Of a DNA stretch of 64,000 nucleotides, positions 52,827 through 62,219 are shown piece after piece (within the stretch, counting starts at the first letter, position 1; each line of letters begins with the position of its first letter). The notes under the pieces were generated by a model, which did no database searches, was not told the origin of the DNA, and was given only the letters and a program-made list of their open reading frames with translations. This DNA is from Coleofasciculus chthonoplastes F2-STO-03 (lineage in GTDB: Bacteria > Cyanobacteriota > Cyanobacteriia > Cyanobacteriales > Coleofasciculaceae), in the NCBI GenBank assembly GCA_040222015.1, contig JAVJWO010000179.1, forward strand, positions 26,751 to 90,750. The letters are read 5' to 3'. Made by a program: the position numbers and the translations under genes.

Positions 52827-53163
52827 GGCGTTCTTTTGTTTATGTTGCGATAATATAACTTTATCACAAAAATAATGTTATAACAAAAATAACCAAATGA
52901 AAACCCCTTTGTCTCACCCCCCTTACCCCCCTCGTTCCCCCCTGGCTACAAGAGGGGCTAAGCTTAAGTTGACACCAATGTTTCACTACTATCTTTTTGG
53001 TTACACCCATAAGTAACTAAACCCGCCCCGACTTTACATAAGACATAAGACAATCTTTAATTGTCCCCACCGACTTATAAAGATTGCCAGCGACCCAGCC
53101 CATCGCTTACCCTAAAAAAAGTGAGCCTCAATCCGCTCAATCGGATTACTGGAGATAACGATA

Positions 53164-54828
53164 TTGCCGAAAACCAAAGCCAAAAACAGCGAAACCCTAG
53201 AGCAGAAGTTGTGGAAGTCGGCAGATAAACTCCGCAAAAATATTGATGCTGCCGAATACAAGCATATTCTGTTGGGGTTAATCTTCCTCAAATACATTTC
53301 TGATGCCTTTGAATCCTTACATCAAAAACTCATCGCGGGAGAAGGGGAATATGAAGGAGCCGACCCCGAAGATAAAGACGAATATAAAGCCGAAAACGTT
53401 TTCTTTGTGCCACCAGAGGCGCGGTGGTCAACCCTACAAGCTCAAGCCAAACTCCCCGATATTGGGCAGCGAGTTGATGAGGCGATGGAAGCCATAGAAC
53501 AGGAAAATCCCAAACTGTTAAAAGGAATTTTACCCAAGGTTTATGGTCAACAAAAGCTTGATTCTGCCTCTTTAGGAGGACTGATTGACCTAATCGGCAG
53601 TGCCAAGCTGATTGGGGAGACTAAGGCAAGTAGCGAACAGCTAGAACTTGATATAGACCAAAACGCCCAGAAGCTCCAACAAGCGGATATATTGGGGCAG
53701 GTGTACGAATACTTTTTAGGGCAGTTTGCCCTGGCAGAAGGCAAGAAAGGCGGACAATTCTACACGCCAGAAAGTGTGGTGCGAGTATTAGTAGAAATGC
53801 TAGAGCCGTATCAGGGGCGGGTGTTTGACCCCTGTTGTGGGTCAGGGGGAATGTTCGTTCAAAGTGAAAAGTTCATCGCGGCGCACCGGGGACGAATTGA
53901 TGATATTTCCATCTACGGACAAGAAAGCAACGAAACCACTTATAAACTCTGTCGGATGAATTTGGCGATTCGGGGGATTGATGGCTCTAATATTAAGTGG
54001 AACCCGGAGGGGTCATTTCTCAATGATGCTCACAAGGATTTAAAAGCCGATTTTGTGATTGCTAATCCGCCGTTTAATGATAGCGATTGGGGCGGGGAAT
54101 TGCTGCGAAAAGATGGACGTTGGCGTTATGGTGTACCGCCTGTGGGTAATGCTAACTTTGCTTGGGTGCAGCATTTCCTCTATCATTTGGCTCCGACGGG
54201 GGCGGCGGGGTTTGTGTTGTCGAATGGCTCGCTGTCGTCGAATACGGGGGGCGAGGGGGAGATTCGCCAAGCTTTAGTCGAAGCGGATTTAGTAGACTGT
54301 ATTGTGATGTTGCCGACGCAGTTGTTTTATAACACGGGAATTCCGGCTTGTTTGTGGTTTCTCAGTCGTTATAAGAATGGGAATAAGAATCGCAATCGCC
54401 AAGGAGAGGTGTTATTTATTGATGCGTCGGAGTTGGGCTATATGGTTAATCGTCGCAATCGAGCGTTTACTGATGAAGATATCGGTAAGATTGCGGGGAC
54501 GTATCATACTTGGAAGCGGAAGCCCTCCCCTAGCCCCTCTCCCTCCCCTAGCCCCTCCCAAAGGGAGGGGCACAGGGGGGATTACAAGGATATTAAAGGG
54601 TTTTGTAAGTCGGCGACGTTGGCGGATATCCAGAAGCACAATTTTGTGTTAACGCCGGGGCGTTATGTGGGCATTCCTGAAGAAGAAGATGATGGTATAC
54701 CTTTTGAGGAGAAAATGGGGGAGTTGACGGCACAGTTGGCGGCGCAGATGCAGGAGGCGGCACAATTAGATGAGGAGATTAAGGTACAGTTAGCGAAGGT
54801 GGGGTTTGATTTGGAGGTGGAATCATGA
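53164..54828 (+). CDS. hsdM: Type I restriction-modification methyltransferase subunit
   Basis: [31 protein letters not shown] and LTPGRYVG. Confidence 0.96.
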   Translation: MPKTKAKNSETLEQKLWKSADKLRKNIDAAEYKHILLGLIFLKYISDAFESLHQKLIAGEGEYEGADPEDKDEYKAENVFFVPPEARWSTLQAQAKLPDIGQRVDEAMEAIEQENPKLLKGILPKVYGQQKLDSASLGGLIDLIGSAKLIGETKASSEQLELDIDQNAQKLQQADILGQVYEYFLGQFALAEGKKGGQFYTPESVVRVLVEMLEPYQGRVFDPCCGSGGMFVQSEKFIAAHRGRIDDISIYGQESNETTYKLCRMNLAIRGIDGSNIKWNPEGSFLNDAHKDLKADFVIANPPFNDSDWGGELLRKDGRWRYGVPPVGNANFAWVQHFLYHLAPTGAAGFVLSNGSLSSNTGGEGEIRQALVEADLVDCIVMLPTQLFYNTGIPACLWFLSRYKNGNKNRNRQGEVLFIDASELGYMVNRRNRAFTDEDIGKIAGTYHTWKRKPSPSPSPSPSPSQREGHRGDYKDIKGFCKSATLADIQKHNFVLTPGRYVGIPEEEDDGIPFEEKMGELTAQLAAQMQEAAQLDEEIKVQLAKVGFDLEVES

Positions 54829-55064
54829 CATTACAGGAAATTCTTGAGGCGGTGGATGAGTTGTCTGTGGTTGAGCAAACTTCACTGTTTAATGTGCTTC
54901 AGGTAAAATTAGCTCAAGCTTCTCAATCTAGCTCAAATGGGGAAACGTTTTGGGCAATGACTTTAAGGTTTCGAGAACGGATAGAGCGAGAAGGGATTGA
55001 GTTTACTGATGAGGATTTCGCGGATTTGCGAGACCGTAGTCCGGGGCGGGAGGTCGAGCTATGA
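54825..55064 (+). CDS. Putative antitoxin (VapB-like)
   Basis: 79-aa ORF overlapping the PIN gene by ATGA; C-terminal [12 protein letters not shown] is typical of cyanobacterial antitoxins. Confidence 0.75.
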   Translation: MTLQEILEAVDELSVVEQTSLFNVLQVKLAQASQSSSNGETFWAMTLRFRERIEREGIEFTDEDFADLRDRSPGREVEL

Positions 55065-55492
55065 CAGCGCAATTTATTCTAGATACCAATGTAATTTCTG
55101 AAGTTAACAAGAAGGTTCCTAACCAATCTGTAGTTGCCAAGATGGATTTGTATGAGGGTAAAGTGGCAACGGCATCCGTGGTCGTGCATGAGTTGCTCTA
55201 CGGAACGTTGCGGATGCCGCCTGAGTCAGCAAAACGAACATTTTTGTTAGATTATCTGGCTGAGTTGCCATCAAAGATGATTGTTTTTGACTATGATCTC
55301 AACGCGGCTCGCTGGCACGCTGAGGAGCGAGCAAAACTATCTAAGATTGGGAAAACGCCTGCATTTGTTGATGGGCAAATTGCCAGTATTGCTTTCTGTA
55401 ATGGGTTGGTTTTAGTGACCAGGAATGAAACAGATTTTCAAGATTTTGAGGGTTTATCTGTTGAAAATTGGTTTGTCGTGGAGGAGGAATGA
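55061..55492 (+). CDS. vapC: PIN-domain toxin (VapC family)
   Basis: ILDTNVISE, HELLYG, FVDGQIASIA and LVTRNETDF. Confidence 0.92.
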   Translation: MTAQFILDTNVISEVNKKVPNQSVVAKMDLYEGKVATASVVVHELLYGTLRMPPESAKRTFLLDYLAELPSKMIVFDYDLNAARWHAEERAKLSKIGKTPAFVDGQIASIAFCNGLVLVTRNETDFQDFEGLSVENWFVVEEE

Positions 55493-55569
55493 TGGAGCAT
55501 ATGAAGGAGGCAGAGGTGCTGGATCAGGAGATTAAGGCGTGGTTGGTAAAGGTGAGGTTTGAGGTATGA
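55489..55569 (+). other. 26-aa mini-ORF, a diverged duplicate of the HsdM C-terminus that links vapC to hsdS
   Basis: MMEHMKEAEVLDQEIKAWLVKVRFEV* versus Hsd[31 protein letters not shown] overlaps at both ends. Confidence 0.7.
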
Positions 55570-56768
55570 GTGATTGGAAGGAGATAACCCTAGGAGATCT
55601 CGTCACATTTCAACGAGGACATGACTTATCTCAGAAACAGTTTCTAGGTGGGAAATATCCTATTGTCAGCTCCTATGGAATTATCGGATATCACAATAAA
55701 TCCACAACATCAGGGCATGGAGTGACCATCGGGCGTAGCGGTAACAGCATAGGAAAGCCCTTCTTTGTCGAGTCGGAGTTTTGGGCACACAACACAACTC
55801 TATATGTCAAAGAGTTTCATGACAGCTTTCCAAGATTCGTGTACTACTTGCTTCAAACAATTAACTTTAGGGCTTTAGATTCGGGTAGTGCTGTTCCCTC
55901 ACTGAATAGAAATTATATTCATCCTCTGCCTATTAAAGTCCCAGAATATGATGAGCAGAAGAAGATAGCTGATGTTCTAAACTGCCTCGATCGCAAGATT
56001 GAAAACCTCCGTAAACAAAACGATACACTAGAGGCGATCGCGCAAACTCTATTTAAACATTGGTTCGTCGATTTCGAGTTCCCCAACGCCGACGGCAAGC
56101 CCTACAAATCCTCCGGTGGCGCAATGGAACCTTCAGAGTTAGGCGAAATTCCCGCAGGCTGGCGCGTTGTTCGGATTGAAGAAATTGCTGACAGGATTGC
56201 CATGGAACCGTTTGGGTCTCGAATAAAAACCGATAATTTTGTAGATAGCGGTGTGCCTGTGATCAGAGGTGGAAATCTAGTCAATGGTTTTAACGAAAGC
56301 GATTTTGTCTATATTACCGAAGAAAAAGCTGACGATTTGAAGAGTTCTAATGCTTTCCCTGAAGATATTATATTCACTCATAGAGGAACATTAGGTCAGG
56401 TAGGTTTCATCCCTACCAACTCACAATATCCTCGCTATGTCGTATCCCAAAATCAAATGCTTCTTAGTGTTAACAAGAAACTTGTAAGCTCTAGATATGT
56501 CTACCGATTCTTCTGCTCTAAAGGAGGATTAAACGCAATTCTCGCCAACACAAATACTACGGGTGTTCCTTCAATTGGAAGACCTACAACGACTCTGAAA
56601 TCAATTCAATTAGTAATACCAGAAAAAAGCATTTTAAGTCAATTTGATTCCTTAATAAGAGTGGCAGATTTAAAAAAAGAGGCAAACAGCCAACAAATGA
56701 AAACCTTGGCTGAGACTCGTGATTTCCTTTTGCCTAAATTGATGAATGGTAAAATTTGCATAGCCTAA
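55566..56768 (+). CDS. hsdS: Type I R-M specificity subunit
   Basis: Two TRDs; conserved EQKKIADVL..LDRKIE, SELGEIPAGW and RDFLLPKLM. Confidence 0.95.
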   Translation: MSDWKEITLGDLVTFQRGHDLSQKQFLGGKYPIVSSYGIIGYHNKSTTSGHGVTIGRSGNSIGKPFFVESEFWAHNTTLYVKEFHDSFPRFVYYLLQTINFRALDSGSAVPSLNRNYIHPLPIKVPEYDEQKKIADVLNCLDRKIENLRKQNDTLEAIAQTLFKHWFVDFEFPNADGKPYKSSGGAMEPSELGEIPAGWRVVRIEEIADRIAMEPFGSRIKTDNFVDSGVPVIRGGNLVNGFNESDFVYITEEKADDLKSSNAFPEDIIFTHRGTLGQVGFIPTNSQYPRYVVSQNQMLLSVNKKLVSSRYVYRFFCSKGGLNAILANTNTTGVPSIGRPTTTLKSIQLVIPEKSILSQFDSLIRVADLKKEANSQQMKTLAETRDFLLPKLMNGKICIA

Positions 56769-56774
56769 AAGTCC

Positions 56775-57797
56775 ATGCTTTATAATGAAAACCCTGAATT
56801 CAATGATTATATAGATCAACATTATGGAGATGTTGTTATAGGGGATTTTTGCCGTCCAGCCAGCCTTGTCTTGTTTGAGATGGACGACATAGAATACCGA
56901 AGCCTTTATAATCAATACCTAGATGAACAAAAGATATCAGTTTTAGACCAGGTAATTGATGTTTTTCCTGCACCTATAGCATTCCATTATGAGCGAGCCT
57001 TACACGGATATGACAATTACACTCAAAGATTACATTACTTGCGATCAACATGGGAAGCAATAATACTTTTTATATATGCACTGACAGTAGGTGAAATTAT
57101 TGATAAATCTCTAAGCATAAGCTCAGTAAAAATATTTAAAAATCAGCGTATTTCTTGTGATGGAGGAGGTCTTCTTAGCGACAAATTGGGTTATAAAATT
57201 GAAGTAGTTGAGAAAATACTTGATTTTAATAATAATGGCTGTCATGGCTTGATTGTTGGAGATTTAATACCGATATCTGTTATCTCTATTCTTAGAGATC
57301 TAAACAGTACCCGTAATTCCATTTCTCATACATCTGCACTTAGTGAAGAACAGGCAAAAGAGCTTTTTGAAGAAAATCACCCAAATGTAAAGGAGCTTCT
57401 TTTTGAGCTTAGAAAATTGTCAAGCTTATCATTACTTAAATTCAAGTCTACTATTACATCCATTACTAAAATTAGATTTTCTCGATTCAGAGGATTTTCC
57501 TTAAGGGATAGAAACTATGAAAAAGACGTGGATCGGGAATTCATGAACAAAAATTTAGTAAATCTTAGAGATGAATACCTGTTTTGTGAATTTGAGGATG
57601 ATGACCAGGTAATTTGTTTGTCACCTTTTGCTTCTACATTGAATCATAACGGACAGAATTGTATTGCATGGTACAAAAAGCTAGATAATTCAGCGAGTAA
57701 GTATTTCTTTGAAATAGTATCTGATTCCCCTGTCGAAATTGATTTAGATGCCAACATTTTTGAAAAACCTATACAGGCTTTGAGGGATTTACTGTGA
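56775..57797 (+). CDS. Hypothetical protein with RxxxxH (HEPN-like) motif
   Basis: 340-aa AT-rich ORF with LNSTRNSISH (codons 57312-57329); it overlaps the hsdR start (GTGA). Confidence 0.6.
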   Translation: MLYNENPEFNDYIDQHYGDVVIGDFCRPASLVLFEMDDIEYRSLYNQYLDEQKISVLDQVIDVFPAPIAFHYERALHGYDNYTQRLHYLRSTWEAIILFIYALTVGEIIDKSLSISSVKIFKNQRISCDGGGLLSDKLGYKIEVVEKILDFNNNGCHGLIVGDLIPISVISILRDLNSTRNSISHTSALSEEQAKELFEENHPNVKELLFELRKLSSLSLLKFKSTITSITKIRFSRFRGFSLRDRNYEKDVDREFMNKNLVNLRDEYLFCEFEDDDQVICLSPFASTLNHNGQNCIAWYKKLDNSASKYFFEIVSDSPVEIDLDANIFEKPIQALRDLL

Positions 57798-60700
57798 ATT
57801 ACACAAGCGAAGACAAAATCGAACGATACAACCTCCAACTTTTGCAAGCCCTCGGCTACAGCTACAAAAACGGTTACGACATCCAACCCGACGGCATAAC
57901 CCCTGAACGGCAAAGCTTTAGCGACGCATTGCTGGTAGACCGCCTCAGCCAAGCCATCAGCCGCATTAACCCCCACATTCCCCCCGATATCCGCAATCAA
58001 GCCCAACGGGACTTACAAAACATCGCCAGCCCTGACCTGATCAACAATAACGAAACCTGCCACCGCTACCTCACCGAAGGCATCACCGTTGAATATACCA
58101 AAAACGGCGAAACCAAAGGCGAACAACTCTGGCTGATTGACTGGGAAACCCCCGAAAACAACGAATTTCTCGCCGTTAACCAATTCACCATCATCGAAGA
58201 TAACCACCAACGCCGCCCCGATATTATCCTATTTATTAACGGATTACCCTTAGTCGTCATCGAACTGAAAAACGCCGCCGATACCAAAGCCAACCTCTAC
58301 GCCGCCTATAACCAACTGCAAACTTATAAACAGGAAATCCCCAGCTTATTTACCTATAACGCCCTGCTGATTATCTCCGATGGACTGTCAGCCCGTGCGG
58401 GTTCCCTTTCTGCCGACTATAACCGCTTTAGCCAGTGGAAACGCAAACTCCCCAACGGCGACATCGACAACAACCCCGACACTAACGAACTGGAAATCCT
58501 CAGCCAAGGGATGCTGAATAAACACACCCTACTTGACCTAATCCGCCATTTCACCGTCTTTGAACAAACCAAAACCATAGACCCAGAAACCGAGGTTGTT
58601 CATCTGCAAACCCTCAAGAAAATCAGCGCTTATCACCAGTATTACGCTGTGAATAAAGCCGTCGAAAGTGTCTTGCAAGCGTGCGGAATCCCCTCCCCTA
58701 ACCCCTTTCCCTCCCCTAACCCCTCCCAACGGGAGGGGTATATGAAAGTCCCTCGCCCTTTGGGAGAGGGATTTAGGGAGAGGGCAGATCATCGCCCTTT
58801 GGGAGAGACATCTAGGGAGAGGGCAGATCATCACCCTGGGGGAGAGACATCTAGAGAGAGAGCAAATCCAACAGCTTATCGGGGTGGATTACCCGTAACA
58901 ACACTACTCAAACGAGCGCGAGAACTCCGTAAAAAACAGACTCCTGCCGAAATTATATTTTGGGAAACCGTCAGGGCTAAACGATTCTGTGGGCTAAAAT
59001 TTCGTCGTCAACATCAGATAGGACATTACATCGTCGATTTTTACTGCCATCAACACCAATTAGTGATTGAATTAGATGGTGGAGTGCATGAACAACCCCA
59101 ACAAAAAAAACGCGATCGCGAAAGAGAGAATTATCTTAAATCCCTGGGTCATACCGTTCTACGCTTCCCCAATCAGGCGATTTTCAATGATCTTGAATCG
59201 GTTTTGCGATCGATCCTTCAGCATCTTGGTTTGCCCTTTCCCTCCCCTGACCCCTTTCCCTCCCCTAGCCCCTCCCAACGGGAGGGGAATATGAAAGTCC
59301 CTCGCCCTTTGGGAGAGGGACTTAGGGAGAGGGGCGGAGTCCTTTGGCATACCCAAGGGAGCGGTAAATCCCTGTCCATGGTCTTCCTCAGTGGTAAACT
59401 CGTTCTGGCATTAAATAACCCCACCCTAGTTATCTTGACCGATCGCAACGACCTCGACGACCAACTCTTTGATACCTTCGCCGGCTGTCGTCAACTGCTG
59501 CGTCAAGAACCCCAACAAGCCGAAAACCGCCAAGCCGTCCGGGAACTCCTCAACGTCGCCTCTGGGGGGATTATCTTTACCACCGTTCAGAAATTCGCCC
59601 CCGAAGACGGCGAAACCCTTTATCCCAAAATTAGCGATCGCGCCAACATTGTTGTTTTAGCCGACGAAGCCCACCGCAGTCAATACGGATTCAAAGCCAA
59701 ACAAGTTACCCTCAAAGACGCAGACGGAAACGAAATCGGCAAAGCCACCCGCTACGGCTTCGCCAAATACATCCGCGATGCCCTCCCCAACGCCACCTTT
59801 GTCGGTTTCACCGGAACCCCCATCGAACAAAGCGACAAAAACACCCCGGAAATCTTCGGCAACTACATCGATATCTACGACATTGCCCAAGCCGTTAAAG
59901 ATGGCGCAACCGTCCCCATTTACTACGAAAGCCGCTTAGTCCCAGTAGATCTCGACGCCCAAGGGCGGAAATTACTCGATGAACTGGACGAAGACCTCAG
60001 TTTTGAAGACCTCAACACCACCCAAAAAGCCAAAGCCAAACAAACCCAAATTGAAGCGATTGTCGGGTCGAGCCAACGTCTTACCACCATCGCCCATGAT
60101 ATCATCACCCACTTTGAACAACGCCAAACCGCCAATCGCGGCAAAGGGATGATTGTCACCCTCAGCCGTCAAATTGCCGCCAACCTCTACGACAACATAA
60201 TTAAACGGCGTCCTGATTGGCATAGTGACGACCTTAACCACGGCAAAATCAAAGTCGTAATGACCGCCAGTGCTTCCGATGAAGGCAATCTGGTACAACA
60301 TCATACCAGTAAACGCGATCGCCAAATCCTCGCCCAACGCCTCAAAGACCCCGAAAACGACCTCGAACTGGTTATCGTCTGCGATATGTGGCTGACTGGG
60401 TTTGATGCCCCTTGTCTCCACACCATGTATATGGATAAGCCCATGAAAGGGCATAATTTAATGCAGGCGATCGCGCGAATCAACCGAGTTTACTATGAAA
60501 AGCAAGGCGGCTTAATTGTCGATTATCTCGGCGTCGCCAGCGAACTCAAAAAAGCATTATCCTTTTATTCCCAAAGCGGCGGTAAAGGTCAACTCACCCT
60601 CGACCAAGACGTCGCCCTAGGCTTATTTTTAACCCAACTGGAAATCGTCGAGCAAATCCTCGCTGATTACGACTACCCCTCTTATTTCAGCGCTGAAATT

Positions 60701-61570
60701 GCCGAAAAGCTAAATATTCTCAAAGGAGCGACCAATTATGCCGCTCATCCAGACATTAAAGGGCGATTTTTAGACGCTGTTACCGCCTTATCGCGGAGTT
60801 ACGCCTTAATCGCTCATCATCCCCACGCGATCGCGCAAGCCGAAAAAGTGTCCTTCTTCCAAGCCATTAAAGCCAGCTTGCGTAAACTCGAACCTAGTGA
60901 TGGTAGTCTCAGCGATCGGGAACTAGAAACCGCCATTCGTCAAGTCGTTGACCAAGCCCTAGTATCCGATGCTGTTGTTAATATCTTTGACGAAGCAGGC
61001 ATTCAAAACCCCGATGTATCGATTATCTCCGAACAGTTTTTAGCCGAAGTCGAAGGCATGGAACACCAAAACCTCGCCGTTGAGGTGTTGAAAAAGCTCC
61101 TCAAAGAAGAAGTTAAAGCCAAAAGCCGGACTAACATCGTTCAAAGTCGCAAGTTAGCCGAAATGCTCGAACATACCTTGCGTCGCTACCAAAACCAAGT
61201 AATTAGTGTCACCGATGTGATTCAAGAACTGCTCCAGATGGCGCGAGATGTACAAGCAGCCACCCAACGGGGAGAAGACTTGGGGCTAGAACCCTACGAA
61301 CTCGCCTTTTATGACGCCCTCGCGCAAAACCGAAGCGCTCAAGACGTGATGGGAGTTGACCAACTGTGGGAATTAGCCAGGGTATTAGTCAGCCGCATTC
61401 GTAAAAATGTCTCCATCGACTGGAATCTCAAAGAGAGTGCCAGAGCCAGAATGAAAGTGATGGTCAAGCGTTTACTGCGACAATATGGCTATCCACCAGA
61501 TATGCAAGCGTTGGCGATTGAACTGGTCTTAGAGCAAGCCAAAGTATTTACAGAGTCAGGACTACTGTAA
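57794..61570 (+). CDS. hsdR: Type I R-M restriction subunit with in-frame DUF559-like endonuclease insertion
   Basis: RPDIILFINGLPLVVIELK nuclease motif, HTQGSGKS, DEAH, MWLTGFDAP and QAIARINR. An insert of about 215 aa lies just before Walker A. Confidence 0.94.
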   Translation: MNYTSEDKIERYNLQLLQALGYSYKNGYDIQPDGITPERQSFSDALLVDRLSQAISRINPHIPPDIRNQAQRDLQNIASPDLINNNETCHRYLTEGITVEYTKNGETKGEQLWLIDWETPENNEFLAVNQFTIIEDNHQRRPDIILFINGLPLVVIELKNAADTKANLYAAYNQLQTYKQEIPSLFTYNALLIISDGLSARAGSLSADYNRFSQWKRKLPNGDIDNNPDTNELEILSQGMLNKHTLLDLIRHFTVFEQTKTIDPETEVVHLQTLKKISAYHQYYAVNKAVESVLQACGIPSPNPFPSPNPSQREGYMKVPRPLGEGFRERADHRPLGETSRERADHHPGGETSRERANPTAYRGGLPVTTLLKRARELRKKQTPAEIIFWETVRAKRFCGLKFRRQHQIGHYIVDFYCHQHQLVIELDGGVHEQPQQKKRDRERENYLKSLGHTVLRFPNQAIFNDLESVLRSILQHLGLPFPSPDPFPSPSPSQREGNMKVPRPLGEGLRERGGVLWHTQGSGKSLSMVFLSGKLVLALNNPTLVILTDRNDLDDQLFDTFAGCRQLLRQEPQQAENRQAVRELLNVASGGIIFTTVQKFAPEDGETLYPKISDRANIVVLADEAHRSQYGFKAKQVTLKDADGNEIGKATRYGFAKYIRDALPNATFVGFTGTPIEQSDKNTPEIFGNYIDIYDIAQAVKDGATVPIYYESRLVPVDLDAQGRKLLDELDEDLSFEDLNTTQKAKAKQTQIEAIVGSSQRLTTIAHDIITHFEQRQTANRGKGMIVTLSRQIAANLYDNIIKRRPDWHSDDLNHGKIKVVMTASASDEGNLVQHHTSKRDRQILAQRLKDPENDLELVIVCDMWLTGFDAPCLHTMYMDKPMKGHNLMQAIARINRVYYEKQGGLIVDYLGVASELKKALSFYSQSGGKGQLTLDQDVALGLFLTQLEIVEQILADYDYPSYFSAEIAEKLNILKGATNYAAHPDIKGRFLDAVTALSRSYALIAHHPHAIAQAEKVSFFQAIKASLRKLEPSDGSLSDRELETAIRQVVDQALVSDAVVNIFDEAGIQNPDVSIISEQFLAEVEGMEHQNLAVEVLKKLLKEEVKAKSRTNIVQSRKLAEMLEHTLRRYQNQVISVTDVIQELLQMARDVQAATQRGEDLGLEPYELAFYDALAQNRSAQDVMGVDQLWELARVLVSRIRKNVSIDWNLKESARARMKVMVKRLLRQYGYPPDMQALAIELVLEQAKVFTESGLL
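58691..59333 (+). mobile_element. DUF559/Vsr-like endonuclease cassette bounded by 94-bp direct repeats
   Basis: Repeats 58691-58784 and 59240-59333 (4 mismatches, 549 bp apart) enclose RARELRKKQTPAE..W...KFRRQH.IG.YIVDFYC...VIELDGGVH...RD...G..VLRF.N. Confidence 0.75.
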
Positions 61571-62219
61571 TACAAAAATTTCCATATCTGTCTTACCCGA
61601 CTCTGCGTAGGAAGAACTTAGAGGACAAATTCACAACCCTTGTGTCGTCTATATTTCGTCTATTGCTCGACATATCAATATATTGCAATATATCACAAAC
61701 TGTTTTGTATTAACACTGAAAGTGTAATACTAAAACTATCTAATTTTGCCGACAAATTCAGAAACTAGCTAATCTAAAGAAGATAATTATAACACACAAA
61801 TAAAACTATTAGTATTCTCTTAATTAAAATTTTTATTTTACGAGTATTTGCTTAAATATACTTTGAGTTATTTTCACAATTCAGTCTTCTGCCTGAAGGT
61901 AGAGGCTATCCCCCAAAACGAACAACTATTGTTAGTTTTAATGCTTTTCCGCCATTTTCCGGTAAATCAGCCTTGTTTCGACAAAAACTCTATATATAGC
62001 GCTTTTTGCGTTTACACCCCCTACATCTATTGCTTTTTCCGCTTATTTTGCCTAAACATTTAAGTCAAAATGAATCATTTTACATAAATAAACTGTAAAG
62101 TAATACTTTTATTTTTTTAAAGAAATGATGAAGTTTGCCAAAAGATATACAAAGAGGTTGCAAAAGTTAAAACTTATTGGTTAATATGCTATTCAGAACG
62201 AAAAAACAGGGAAACTTGC

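Noticed and set aside
56775..57797. PrrC or RloC itself
   Set aside because: No Walker A or ABC signature motif.
58691..59333. Intein in HsdR
   Set aside because: A Cys precedes the insert, but there is no Hint block B (TxxH) or C-terminal His-Asn followed by C/S/T; the boundaries are DNA repeats.
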